NCBI GenBank assembly: GCA_050084985.1
Contig: JBITNC010000001.1
Coordinates: forward strand, 159,030,001 to 159,094,000
From: Nageia nagi
Lineage: Eukaryota; Plantae; Pinophyta
Length of the DNA stretch: 64,000 bases
Reading direction: 5' to 3'
Shown: piece after piece, positions 1 to 13,778 of the stretch
Layout of the letters: every line of letters begins with the position of its first letter
How positions within the stretch are numbered: position 1 is the first letter of the stretch
Translations under genes and position numbers: made by a program
The notes under the pieces: generated by a model
Seen by the model: the letters and a program-made list of their open reading frames with translations, nothing else
What the model was told of the DNA's origin: nothing
Database searches by the model: none

Positions 1-50
1 TAAAAAAACTTGGATCTTAAAAAGTGGGATGTGACATATGGTATCAAAGT
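1..50 (+). mobile_element. 3' end of 5' LTR (1-36) plus tRNA-Met primer-binding site of LTR element A
   Basis: ...AAAGTGGGATGTGACA is followed by TATGGTATCAAAGT (degenerate TGGTATCAGAGC). Positions 11-36 match 47354-47379 at 25/26 nt. Confidence 0.8.
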
Positions 51-2713
51 CGAATTTGGCTCATTTGGAACATTGGAAGTGGAACCACTGCTTCTTGCCT
101 TCATCTTAAAAGAAAAAAACTAAAATAAGATTACACTAAGGTGCAAGTAACCAAGGTAGGGAACGAACTTACTTTTAGAAAAATAACTCCTTAATGAAAA
201 ATTTATATCAGTCACTTTTGTGTGTATGAAAAATCTTGAGGATGAACAATTTAGTTCCTCATCTTGAAAAATTAACTAAAATGAATGCAAATCCTATAGA
301 TGAGGAAGGGAATAAAACTTAAAAATGGTCAATTTTTCTTTATGGGAAGGGACTTATACAAAACTAAAATGATTAAGATATGCAATTACCTTATTAATAG
401 TGAAAAATCAAACAAAAGCCCTTTGAGGTTAAATTAAGGATGATATACATATAAAACTTGATTGATATTACCCTAATATAAAGTTAACTATATAGGAATG
501 ATAAAAAAGGGAAACTTAAAGGATTTATATATTAAACCATGATGCTTCTTTGAGCAAGATAAATCAATGAAATGAAGAATCAATAAAATATTCTAGAAAG
601 CATCCATGATACCATAGTTTGAGAAGGGACAAACATAATATAAATTAATGGAGTTCTTTTACAAGAATAAGAGATATCTAAAAAGTTGGTAAATAATGAG
701 AAAGAAGAGTGTATGATGTTTACAGAGAGATACCTACCTCTAGAAGAGCAAAAGAGAAGGTAAATTGCTAGGAGCGACAAATATTCACTTGAGATAAGAA
801 ACTAAGCGATGTATGAAATTAGCAACCCTAAGCATGGAGATGAAGTCATTTTTAATGAATATATATTAGAAAAAATTGGATACTATCACTATTGGTCATA
901 TAATGAATCCAAAGTAGAAAACAAATAAGCTACAAATTTGGATTCTTGCTACCTATTGATGAAAATCCAATTCATCACACTTTGTTAAGTATTAAAGAGA
1001 AGAACCTTCAAGTTATGGTGGAAATATTGACCTAAATGGTGCCAATATAGATATGGATGAACTTAGATACATTGAGTGAATTCAATTTATATTAGATTCT
1101 CCTTGATGATGATAATGTAAAAGGCATTACCAAATTTTGGTCAAATTAGTGTTGAAGGTAAATGATGTTTAAGATATTTTTTTATAATAAATGAAGATTT
1201 GAAGGATTGTATTCAGAATGGTCAAAGATATTGAGATTATCAAATAAATTATTTTTTTGTTCTTAAATTTTGTGATAATTATAATTGAAGGTACTTATAG
1301 TTGCTAATAAAGTTTTACCCATAGAAATATGGAATATCTTATTACACTAGAGAAAAAGGTATTTAAATGAAATATATTAATAATAAGGACTACTTCTAAG
1401 TATGCCTTGAATGATGAATCGTGTGGATCAATATAATTAACTTTAATATGTGATAAGTGTATGCATGTAATCCATGAATTGGTGAAGGATGACTACCTTG
1501 TTTAGCTAATAAGTGAGTTGGTAGAACCACTCCCAAGGAAACTTATTTTCGAATAAAACATAGGATAAAATCCCCCCTTGAATGATTGAGTGGATAAGTT
1601 TGGCCTACGTATTTGCTTATCAAGGATGATTTTAAGTTTTTTTTAGAGGTAAAGGAATAATTCTTCTTATTAATTTAGAAATTATGAGAAATAATACTTA
1701 AGGTTAAGGAGGATAATCTTTAGAGAAATATCAACTATTGAGGGATCAATATAGTATCCAACTTGAGAAATGGAAATAAAGGAACCTTAAAAGTATACTA
1801 TTTTTAGCTAAAACAATCTTGAGGGATGTCCATGTATACGTATAGGTAAAAGTGAAATCAATAGATGATGAATATGAGATGGTCTTATTAAAGGGAAAGG
1901 AGAAAAAAAGTATTCTTTCCCTAGAAATTTATTGAAAATATTAGCTCTTTAGCACTTTACCAATTCAACCTTTGAGGAGGAATGTTGGGATTTAGTAAGA
2001 GTGATAAATTGCAAGATAGGAAGGTTTTAGCAACCTTCACCATGACTTTCACTCATCAAGGAGGATCGTGAAATCCCAAATCAAAGAGGTCTTCTCAATA
2101 TGTGATTATTGGTTAGACCTAAACAAAATATATGCAACTAAAAATAAGAAATATTTGTGAAAATAATGTTATTTTCATTGAATATATCGATAATATATCT
2201 TTTGTATGACATTTGTATGAATTTGCACTAAGGAGTATGAAAAGTATTGAGTTGCTTACATAAAATCATATTTATATATTTCCATGAGATTTGAGATTAA
2301 AATATAATATATTAAACATAAAAAAATAAGGGAGGACTATTAGAATGTGTAATGTAATATTGTGGATTAATATTTCTTTTTATGTAACCACTTAAACACT
2401 TAAAGTATCTCTAGATACCTTTAAGTATTTAGTGAATAAAATATTGTGGAACCTTAACCTTACCCTTAAGTAAAAGGATGGTTAAAGGGAGGATTTTTCC
2501 CTATAACTAGAGGGCATCCCCTCTTGTAAAATCACTCAATATTGAAGCAAAGTTATGCTCTAGGATTAGTCTTAGGAGAGGAAGAATTAGCTTTTGTAAG
2601 AAAGTGCATTTTTGAGTATTGAGATATTAGTTAGTGGATGTACTCCCAAGGAGGAGGAACCACTTTACATTTGTTTTCAATTTGTGGGAATGGATATTGT
2701 TATTTATACTTTT

Positions 2714-3783
2714 GGGTGAAAGCAAGAAGTTGGGTCCACTTCAAGGGAAAGTAGGGAAAATTTGCTAAGTACAAACTTGAAGTAAAAAAAATCAGGATCT
2801 CGATTTAGGTTCAACACCCAATAAATATCAGGATCCTGATATTTAAAGCAAAAATAAGTACAAATATTGAACCCCAAACCTAAATCAATATCTCAATTTT
2901 AATTCATTAATATTGAGATCCTAATATTTGAATCTACAATTTCACCTCAAATTTAGGCTCAAAACCTTAGCTTGGTGAACCAACACTTAGCCATGGACTT
3001 GCAAGTATATGTTCATGGCAACTTTAATGGAAAATCTCAACTTCATGCATACATTTGATAGAGTTTTTGGTAGAATTTTTCATGAAATTAAAACCCATTA
3101 TATATTAAAGAGTGTATACTTCAAATATATAATTTGTTTTAAAATTGGATAAAATTTTATATTTTTTAATTATTTTTTAGTAAATATGGTTCATATGCTT
3201 GAAATATGAGGGTCTCGTATTTTCTTAATAAGTTTTTTTTGGGAAATTTATGAAAATAAATAATACAGGGACAAGCTTCATAGAATTCTCTATAATAATA
3301 ATAAAATTTTGAAAAAAGATTAAGTAGATTAAATTATGGTGGACAGACACAAGCACTTTTTGAAACCACAAACATGCCCAGTACAAAATTAATAAAAAAA
3401 TATTAAGTCAAAAATTATGAAAAAATATCTAGGATAAGCTCCAATGTGTTAGGTATCATTTCCTAAAAGGATTTTAAAAAATACCTTGATATTAGTCAAA
3501 TTATGGTGGATGGACACTTGCATGGTATGGTCTAAAAATAATTTTTTAAAAAAAGTGGTTTTTATTCATCCTATTGAATTTTAAATTCTATATCTGGGTA
3601 TTGGAAAAAGTTATATATTTGAAAACTAGACTCTGAGCACTACATTTTCACTATTATGATCTTTTTCATGATTCCATGTCTAAGTGCTTTAATTTTTAAG
3701 ATCAATCATACCTAAACTTGAAAATAAAGGAAAATACTTCCACTTTTTGGCTTTAAAGTGGACCCAACTTCTTGCACCCACCC
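2714..3783. mobile_element. 1.07-kb non-autonomous TIR DNA transposon inserted in the 5' LTR of element B
   Basis: TIRs GGGTG(aaa/ggt)GCAAGAAGTTGGGTCCACTT at both ends; absent from the 3' LTR (empty site TACTTTTGTT at 10761-10770); TTTT on both sides. Confidence 0.9.
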
Positions 3784-4611
3784 TTTTGTTATATTAGTTT
3801 AGAGAGCCTTTTTGAGATTTTGGTAGATTAGGAATTTATTTAAAAAGGATTAAATTCATCAAGTGTTATCAAAGCCATCTTGGAGGCTCCTTTTTCACCA
3901 TCTTGGAGTTCATTCCTACATCCTTGTTGAGGTAACATTAAGTGAAAGTATAATCTCCTACCTTCTTGTTTTGTTGATTTTGGATTATTTTATTATGAAA
4001 CTTAACAAATAGATTCTAGTTTTTAAAACTTTGTTTCAAATGACAATCTATTGTTGTTATGCCATTTGTATATACTAACATTGTTTATATATTAGTTGCA
4101 ATTTTGTTGAGGATATTTTTGCTTAAAAATATATTGTTGTTACAATTTTATTTGCTAACCTTTTAAGGTATTTGTAAGATTTTTTTATCAATTTTTTTAC
4201 CTAATATGTAAAAACAATATATTAGAAGCATTTAACTAAGTTTGCAATTTTTTTTACATTAGTTTGTTAATCTACAAAAATTGCAAATTTTTTTAACAAA
4301 ATTGATTATAATTTTTTTTAAACACTTCATTTTTAAAGGTGTGTTCAACCCATGTAATTTTTTGGTTATAAAAATTTACAATTTTTTTTTAAACATAATG
4401 AAAATTGCAATTTTTTTGCAAATCAAGAAAAGGTGGGAAACTTGTTACAATCATTGCTAAAATTTTGTGTAAGTTTGGTTAAAAGGGTAATAATTTTTTT
4501 TTGACATTATTAAGTAAATATATTTGCTAAAACCATTTGCAATTTTTTTCTATATTAAAATAAAAAAAGAATTTTTTTATATATATTTTTATTTAAAAAC
4601 AAATCTAGGCA

Positions 4612-4790
4612 TAGGCCCCATGCCCTTTGGGGCTATGCTAGCTTGATCATAGATCGTGCTTCCTTTAGGGCTACACTATCCTGACCATAAGTTGCACACC
4701 CATTAGGGCTATGCTAGCTAGCCAAAGGCTACATGCCCCCTTTGGGGTTGTGTTAGCCTAGCCAAAGGCCACTGGTTGTGCACCCCCTTA
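4612..4790 (+). repeat. Degenerate ~38-bp GC-richer tandem repeat (about 4-5 units)
   Basis: Recurrent CCC..T(T/A)GGGGCTA(T)GCTAGC..(GA/AG)CCA motif inside element B. Confidence 0.6.
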
Positions 4791-5770
4791 AATCTTTGCT
4801 ATTACTTAAAAATGAATTCATGCAATATTATCTATTACTTAAAAATGAATTCATGGAATTTTGTAAAGAGGTCCTTTTGGGGTTGTAACAAAACCCATTG
4901 GACACTCCTATTTTTTTGGATGATGAATCATATGGATGATTAGGTTTTGTTCGTTGAATGATGTTTCATTTTTAGCACTTTACTTCATGTTATGTACATT
5001 TGCTTATTTTTTGTAAAATACACAAAAATTGAAAGTGCAACTCCCTAAAATGAATACATTCACACATTTTATTCTACAACATGACTTGTTTGGGGATCCA
5101 CGAGGTGAGGAAAATGTAGACTAGAGCCTTTTAGTTTGTCGATCCAAGTTTCAAAAAGTTTGTACTTTTTAATTACCCCTAATTCCTATGTTGGTCTAGA
5201 TATAACTCCATATAGGTGGATAGGCATGTGTGTAGTGATACCACATGTCTTCCCATCCATTCAAGGATTATCCTTATAATCTAGGAGGACAACTTGAAAC
5301 CTAATCAAGATAATAATTTGGTCAATCTAACATACATCACAACCTTACAAAATAGCTAGTACTCCTCTGTATGAGAGTATATTGCTAACGACCTAGGCTC
5401 CACCTTGTAGGCATCCAAGTGAAGGCCTAATTTATGAGAAAACAATCTCAACTATACCCCTCTCGAATGTTATATGGTGATGTTAAAATGTTGGATGTAT
5501 GGATATTTGATTTGATTTTGCACATGTTGATTATATTTTCTCATGTATTGGTTTGCAAATGAATAAAGATTAATTTTGCAACTGTTTTGTGTAAATGATC
5601 ATTTTTTGGAAGTTTAGAATACTTCATAAGAATGAATAATAATTTTTAAAATAAGTTTACAAGGATTATGATAGAAATATGCACAATAGTATATACACTT
5701 GTGAAATTTTCTTATATCCTTGGTTGGATGAAAACTTTTGCTAAATTATGAAAGTACACTTGTTGATAAC

Positions 5771-6140
5771 CATAGTAAAAAATCTGATAGAGTGGTTAAA
5801 AAGGTTCACCTTTCTCCATAGTTGAAAATTTGATGGAGTGGTCAATAAGGTTTTCCTTTCTCCATGACTGAAAATTTAGAGTGGTTAAAAAGGTTCACCC
5901 TTCTTCATGACTAAAAATTTGATGGAGTGGTTAAAAAGGTTCACCCTTCTCCATAGTTGAAAATTCGATAAAGTGGTTAAAAAGGTTTGGCCTTCTCGAT
6001 GACTAAAAATTTGATAGAGTGGTTAAACAAGTTCACCCTTCTCCATGATTGAAATTTTTATGGAGTGGTTAAAAAGGTTCACCCTTCTCCATGATTAAAA
6101 ATTTGATATAGTGGTTTTCACTTCTCTATAATTGAAAAAG
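5771..6140 (+). repeat. 46-bp tandem repeat, about 8 copies
   Basis: GAGTGGTTAAAAAGGTTCACCCTTCTCCATGATTGAAAATTTGAT(G/A) units start at 5790, 5836, 5879, 5925, 5971, 6017, 6063, 6109. Confidence 0.9.
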
Positions 6141-9100
6141 TTTACCTTATCATACAATATATGCCATTTTACTTCCATTAGTAGGAATTTTATCCATTAT
6201 GGATATATGCCAATTTACTTCCATTACAAGGAAGTATATTATGCATTGACATAATTTGAATCCATTTTAATGGATTAGTGCTATCTTCATCCATCATTTG
6301 CATCTTGACTAGTAGCATGATCAATCTGGCATTATTTATGACTTATGTTTATAAATAGAGAATTTGACTTATGGCTTTCTATAATTGAGACATGGTCAAG
6401 TTGACATTGGTAGTAAATTTTATCTTGGTGGCATATTAACATGGCATTTATTTGAAGGCTTTGGTATAGCTTCTAATCTTGTGATCAAAATTGAATTATA
6501 TTTGAAACCTCTCTCAAAGAATGGTGCATTAGTTGTTATACATAATGTAATGAATATGAATTTAGAAATTTATCAAATAAATGATTACTAGATAATCAAA
6601 CTAAATTGATACAATATGGAAGCAAGAGCAACATTCATTGATATTAGAAAAGTTCCATTGATATGCCCAAGTGGATAGTAAGACTAAGATTATGTAGAAG
6701 TGCTTGTGTGATTGGGAGAGTTGGAGTTAGAACTCTTAGGATCAGAGATAGGCAAACTGGGTTGATTGAATAGAGTAGTGTGTGTTAGTGGGTGGAAACA
6801 ATGCATGATGTTAAAAAATGGATAGTATACCCATTGATTCCCTTATTGTGCCAATTGAGAAATGAAAGTGGATTTGCAATGAAGATCGCATCGCCATAAA
6901 GTGTATGCAATGGTATAGGGATGATAGTACTCCAGGGGATGTAGTGCGATAGGACTTGCATAATGCAAAAAATGAAAAATAAAAGGATTCTAGAAACACT
7001 AAAGGATGATATTTTATCTCTAGTTTGGGTGATATATGAGGTCAGTAATAATACGTAGCTACTCAAGATTCTCTAAATGATGAATGAACCAAGTGGTCCA
7101 ATGATGAGGAATGCAAGGAATCTGTATGCAAACTAGATTTTGATGCAAAATGATCTATAGTGTGATACAACCATGAATACAACAATGAAGAACATCCCAT
7201 GGAATGTTGACACAAATATCATGAAAAATGATCATATCCATGACTATGGAAAAGGAGTTCGAACTCAATTAGGTTCTCTTAGATGGATTAAAAGTGATGG
7301 CGATCATAATAGAATGAGAGAAAGGAACATATAGGGATGCAAAATATCTAGATCATCAATCATAGATGGGAATGCATGAAGTAGATCAGGCACAAAAGCA
7401 TGAAGGACAAAGAGACAGGATGCTTGACTATTTGACTGAATGGTTAAGAAAACAAAGATACAATCACAACAGGAAAGATTAGAAGAGATAAGAATAATAA
7501 TTTTTTATTAAAAGGCAAGAGATTTACACTATTAAGCTAAAGTAGGTGGTGATTACAACACATTCAATGCATGGTATGGTGAATGGATGCTAGAATCAAA
7601 AGAGTTAGCATCATCTTTGGATGTGCTAAACTTTGACTTACCCAATTCTAAAAGCCTTTAATATGAGAGAGATAGAAATTGGAAGGAGAAAGGAAATCAG
7701 TGATGAAGAATCTAATGTTTTCCATGCCAAACAATGTGAAAAGAGTAAGTCGATGATAAATATAGACCATGCTGATGGACTACCCATGCAATAGTGAGTG
7801 GTTTGAAATTCTCTTGAGGATGAAGGGAAGGTAGATCGATACAAGGTATGAATTGTAAAAGATAGGGATTGAATGAGGTATAGATCATGATATGCCACAT
7901 CCAATCAGGTTGACTGAGAAAATGAAATAACATACAAACATGATCATCATGATTGAGATGAAGGATCATGAAAATTTTGAAATGATCTTCAAGGTACAAT
8001 GAAGAAATGCCAATAATTTTTCCAATAGGGCCTTAAGGGTGACAAAGGAGTGATGAGCTCATGTTGCATGGATGATTCAATGCATTATGTTATCTTGGAG
8101 ATTGCTTTAAAAGGTATGAAATTGAAAAAAGTCCATGAAGGATAATAGAGGACAATAGAGAAAAAGAATGCTATCCAAAAAGGTAAATGAAAATAGCCTG
8201 ATGAAAATAAGAGGATCACTTAAGGCTATTTATAATGGGAGAAACATGATGTGGTCAAATAGATATAATTGTGATAATGATAGATGAAGAAAAGGAACCT
8301 TTGGGAAAACAGATCCATGGAGATAAAAATCTTGCAATTTCATGTTGATAAATTGATTATGCTTTGAATAGATGTCATATGCATAGTGACCTATTAGGGA
8401 TGCAATGATGGTAATAATAATGAGACATGTGATGATTAGGTGAATGTGGTATCACTGTGCTATCTCTTTCGCTCATCTCGATTATTAATAGGATAATTTG
8501 GTCATGAATAATATATTAATCGATCATGGATCCCATAAAGAATTTGGTCATAAATATGGGGAGAGCTCCCTTGAATTCCAGTGAGGAGATGAATGTATGG
8601 GTAGACTTAGATAATGCCTACCTACACCATGAACTAGCTACGAAAAAGGTGGAGATGGAGATAATATCTCAAAAATACAACATAATGAGAAGGGAAAAGT
8701 TTGTATGCATATAGTATTGAAAAGAATGGATGGCTGAGTAAAATGAAATGCTAGCAGAGAAGAATATGTGGGAAAAATAAGTAAAAGAGGAAGAGATAAA
8801 AATTAGGTGCAAAGCTAGCAATAACTGCTACAAGATGCGATGATTCAAATAAAATTGGAAGATAAGGGCACCCATGTATGAGGATATCCTTCAACACTAT
8901 GGTATTTACATTCCAAAGGCAATGATAGATGTCATGGAATCAATTGAACCTTTTGTGGGTCCTAAAGAAGAATAGGTTCCATAGACTCAAGTTGATGCAA
9001 GAAGAAGACTCTAGTCTGGACTAGACATGGCACCTCATGACATAGAGAGATAAATGTCATGATATGGATGGATGAGTGTATGGATTCACCATTGTAATAT

Positions 9101-9384
9101 GTATAAGGGCATCTTTGATGACTCAAAATTAATCTCAAATCCAAGCACCTTATATTAGGGAGAAAGGTTTGATGAAACAACTGTAGCTCTATCCATTTAA
9201 CTTTGACTCTCTTGATTTATTCACTAGACCACCTAAGAAACTATGTTGTGCACACTTTGAAAGTTTCTTGTGGTTAGTGAAGTTGTCCTCAAGGGGGAGT
9301 GAAGTTTGAATTCTTGTGTTTAATTCATGTTTGTGATGATAACTTCATCTCTGAGAAGATAATTTTATGTATAGTGTTGATCTT

Positions 9385-9900
9385 TATGTACACATTCATG
9401 CTTAGTTTATTCTATGTGAGGCACTATCATACATTTTTTGAGCATATTATGTACACCTTCATGGTTACTTTGCTCTATGTGAGGAATTATTTTATATTTT
9501 TTTATCATATTATGAATACTTTCATGGTTAGTTCACTCTATGTGAGGAACTATGTTTTATCAAATGATATACACTTTCATGTTTAGTTCGCTCTATGTAA
9601 GAAACTCATGGTACATTTTTGTTTTTGTTAGCACTATTTTAGTTATCACTATGTGAAGAATTAGTATGTGCATTTTGATACTAGTTGGTTATCCATATGT
9701 GAGGAACTTGTATGCACTTATGCTTTATTTTTAAGTAGATGATGTACATGTTCATGGTTAGTTCACTTTATGTGAGGAACTCATGGTAGATTTTGGCTTC
9801 TATTAGCACTATTTTAGTTATCACTATGTGAGGTATCAATATGTGCATTTTGGTACTTTTTGGTTATTTATATATGAGGAAATTTTATGTGCTTATACTA
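9385..9900 (+). repeat. Degenerate ~60-bp tandem repeats in the 3' UTR of element B
   Basis: Repeated TTCATGGTTAGTTCACTCTATGTGAGGAAC-like motif. Confidence 0.7.
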
Positions 9901-12900
9901 TATTTTTTATGTTTATTAATACATATTTTATATATATAGCATATGACTATGAGTATTGACTTAGCATCTTTGTGATGAATTATAGTGCACCATTGATAAA
10001 TTTATGGATGACATTACTTGGTTCATTTAATTATGTTGATGTGAATGTTGATATGATGCATATGATTGATCTTATTTATGAGTTGCTTGTAACTTGTAGG
10101 TTTCTTTGTGACATTGCAAGTTACTTACTTCAAGTGGGAAGGCTCATGTAGGCTCACATGTCAACTTATTTTTGATTGACTACTTAGTATAGTGAAACTA
10201 GTTGTGGTTATTGATTGTATTGTAAACTATTTTGTCAAATGGTAAAGTAGTCAATTTGAAACCAAGATCTCAAATATTTTTCAAAGATGTAAATGTTCTC
10301 ATTTCCACTTGTATTTTTATGGAGAATAACTCTCTCTTACTCTCTTTCTTATTTCTTCTATGCTCTATCCTAATATTGCATTAAGGGGGAGTTTTAGAAT
10401 ATGTAATGTACTATTATGGAATAATATTTATTTTTATGTAACCACTTAAATATTTAAAGTATCTATAGATACCTTTAAGTGTTTAGTGAATAAAATATTG
10501 TGAAAACTTAACCTTACCCTTGAGTAAAAAGGTGGTTAAAGGGAGGGATTTTCCCTATAAATAGAGGGTCTCCACTCTTGTAAAATCACTCAAGATTAAA
10601 GAAAATTTATGCTATAGGACTAGTATTAGGAGAGAAAGAATGAGGTTTTATAAGAGAGTGCATTTTTAGTATTGAGATCTTAGTTAGTGGACGTACTCCC
10701 AAGGAGGGAGGAACTACTTTACATTTGCATTCAATTTGTAGGAATGGCTATTTTTCTTTATACTTTTGTTATATTGGTTTAGAGAGCCTTCTTGATATCT
10801 AGGTAGATTAGCAATTTATTAAAAAAGGATTAAATTCATCAAGGACACTAGACTGGTGGTGTTTTCCTCTTGATATATTAAACTTGATGATGAAGGTATA
10901 TTTCATCACAAAAATAGGAAACTAAGAATTAATGTCGAAGTTATTCAAACTTAGACTTAAAGAATGATGATTGAAAATTTTTACGACTATGAATTGATGT
11001 GTTTTAATCCTAAATTACAATCATCAAGGAGGATCATGAAGTCTTGTCTTGAGATGAAATTCTCTAAAACCAAAGTGTTTTGATAATTTTAGAGTTATAA
11101 ATTATGATAAATATGGCAAAGCACTAGAAAAATGATGTAAACCTCATAAGTTGTAAGATATATTTTGTGTGATGCTTGAAATAATTATACTTTAAAATAT
11201 AACAAAACATAGGAGTTTGCTTATCTCTCATAGAATATTGATACTTAGAGATATGTTTTTTATGATTTTTCATAAAAAATAGGCATGAAATGTAATATCT
11301 TATGTGAAATATATTAACAAGGATTGTTAGAATGATGGTGTTTCCCCCCTAATATACTAAATCTAGTGATGAAGATGGAATATTTTCATCACAAGTATTT
11401 TGAGAAGTTGGGATTTATATAATTTTGTTTTTTAAATTCTCATTATATTATGAAATCCTTATGAGTGTTGTAAGCAATGTTCTAAACCTTAAAGCTAGGT
11501 TGAAAACATTTTCTTAGAGTTGAAGAATGATTATGAGTTGATGTGATCCTACCTTAAAAGTATTGATGAAGTATATTGATAACGAATTGATAAAAAAGTA
11601 TACATATGTGTGAATGAGAACTCAAATTAATGTGTACATTGATAATCATGTGATGAAATCTTTAGGAACATGTAGGGAGAAGTATTCTTCCTTTAAAGTA
11701 TAGTTGTTGAAAGTATGAGCCATTTAGCTTTTATAACTCACATATCAAGTTGCTTAGGAACAATTCAACCTTCGATAGGGAATGTTGGAATAGGATAAGG
11801 GAGATAAAATTTAAAAAGTAAAAGAATTTAGTAACTCCACCACCATGAATTTCATTCATTTAGGAGGATGGTAAAGTTTTGAGAAATAAGATATCTTTAG
11901 TATGGTACTCAAATGATTATGCATAAGTGGCTTAAATAGAGGTATGTTTTTATGGAAAAATATACCTACTCAATGTCCTCATCAATAAGGATAATGAAGT
12001 GTTTTTGAGAAGGTATAGCTTCAGTGTACTTATATCAAATAAGTCTATAATGCATTGCCTAAAATGCATAAATAAACACAAGGGAAAATATTTAATCCTA
12101 GAGGGGGAGTATGTAATGATACATTTTCTTACTTGGCTTGAGATTAATAAAATAAGAAACAAAAAGGATTATTTTATTGACAAATTATATTTTGAATTAA
12201 CATTTGGTAAGTTGTGTTGCAAGGTTAAATATATATATTATTATTACAAATAATAAAAATAAAATGTGAGTTTAGTTTATTGGATACTATTATTCCAACG
12301 GATTTAATACTTTGATAAGACTATGTGTTACAAGTGGTAACAAGAAAAGCTATGGAAAGATAAAGGATTAATTAAAAAAATGATTTCATAAACCTTATCC
12401 TTGTGATTATTTAATAATTTATTTTATTAAATAAGGTTGATGCTCTTCAAGGGTTTTTGCATTTTGCTGGTTTGACAAAAAGGAAAAAGACTTCTTATTT
12501 AGTTTCAAGCTCTCTCCACCAATCAATGCTTCCTCCCTAATGCAATGGTGAATAAAATTGCCTTGTAAATATGTTATGTATTTTTGCTTCCTTTTCCTAA
12601 AGGAATATAGAAAGAAGGAAGGTCAAGGGATTCTTAGAGTTACCACGAATGTAGGTTTTAAAATGAGAATCAAAATTTTTTTACCTTATAATTTTATTGT
12701 TGGTCCAGGAGAGACTTGTTGGTTGGAGGAGCTTATTGGAGATTAAATTAAATATTATTTAGTTCTATGAGATATTTTATTTGATGTAGGATATTTAATA
12801 TCTAAAATTTGGAGAAAAAATAAAATATTTTTAGGATGTTTTGTGCATTCTTGTATGGATATGTGTATTGAGTTTTTAAGGAGAAAATATGTTTATTTTG

Positions 12901-13778
12901 ATTATTATTTTTTGAGCTAAAGTGTATCAATATTTATTCTATACTCTTTTATAAATTAATGGTTGTAAAATAAGTTTGGATGAAAATACATATGATTTAT
13001 GCTTGAGTCTTTTGAAATGTGTTCATTAGATATTATTCCATCTTATAAATGATGAACAACAATGTGATATGAGTTATTGCATGTGTCAAAATTCTGAGAA
13101 TACATAGGTGTTTATTTCATTTCAAAATATAAGATGTCTCTTGAATGTATTATGTTTTATTATTGTGTTGTGTACAATAATCTAGATTATGGATTCCTTA
13201 TTTTGATTGTATTGGATAGCTTAATCCTCTTGTTGCTATGTATGCCATATGCATAAAAGTATTATTTTTCTTTAATATTTGAATGTTTAGGTGGGTGTAT
13301 TGGGAAATATATAATATTTTTTAGCATCTCTACAAGAACCGAGAGCTTTATCGGGTGAAATTGGGCTCGCACTCTTTCCCTAGTCAACCACATTTAATTC
13401 TATTTCATTTTTTTCTTAATCGATTGTGCATTGCACTTTCATCATTAAAGTGCATTCTATATTTTATTAAGTTGTTAGTTTTGGAATGACACATTGAATG
13501 GTTAATGGTGTGACAATTTATTTCTCTATGTTATAATGTGTGCCTTCATGAAGTTAATGGTGAAAGGGTTTTTGGAGATGTGGCTTAGTTGGTGGCCATG
13601 TCTATTGAGTTTTCATTATGCTTCTTTTGAATAGTTTCTCATGTTGATGATGTTTGATACTAGCAATGAATCACAACGTATGGATGTACATTGCTAAAGT
13701 ATCATATGCCATTTAATATCTTTGTAAATGAATGTCTTCATCCAAGCTTTTTCTCATGTAACTCTTTTAAGAATTATT

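Larger units (their letters stand above)
2338..10841 (+). mobile_element. LTR element B, non-autonomous Copia-like (LARD-type), 450-bp LTRs at 2338-3861 (interrupted) and 10392-10841
   Basis: Long direct repeats; 5-bp TSD AGGAC (2333-2337, 10842-10846); PBS-like TGTTATCAAAGCC at 3864; PPT AAGGGGGAG at 10383-10391; RNase H-tail-like 'DLFTRPP' near 9215 followed by a second purine tract. Confidence 0.9.
37..12111 (+). mobile_element. Highly decayed internal region of LTR element A (probably non-autonomous Gypsy-like), interrupted by element B
   Basis: Lies between the PBS (39) and a PPT AGAGGGGGAG (12100-12109). Segments ~1910-2075 and ~11680-11875 resemble each other across the insertion. No intact pol motifs seen. 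Confidence 0.55.

Noticed and set aside
5771-6140. CRISPR-like regularly spaced repeat
   Set aside because: The 46-bp units are contiguous with no unique spacers, there are no cas genes, and the context is a eukaryotic LTR element; it is a minisatellite.
580-12746. Short ORFs in the supplied track (60-95 aa)
   Set aside because: Mostly low-complexity I/L/F/Y-rich frames expected by chance in AT-rich DNA; no recognisable domains.
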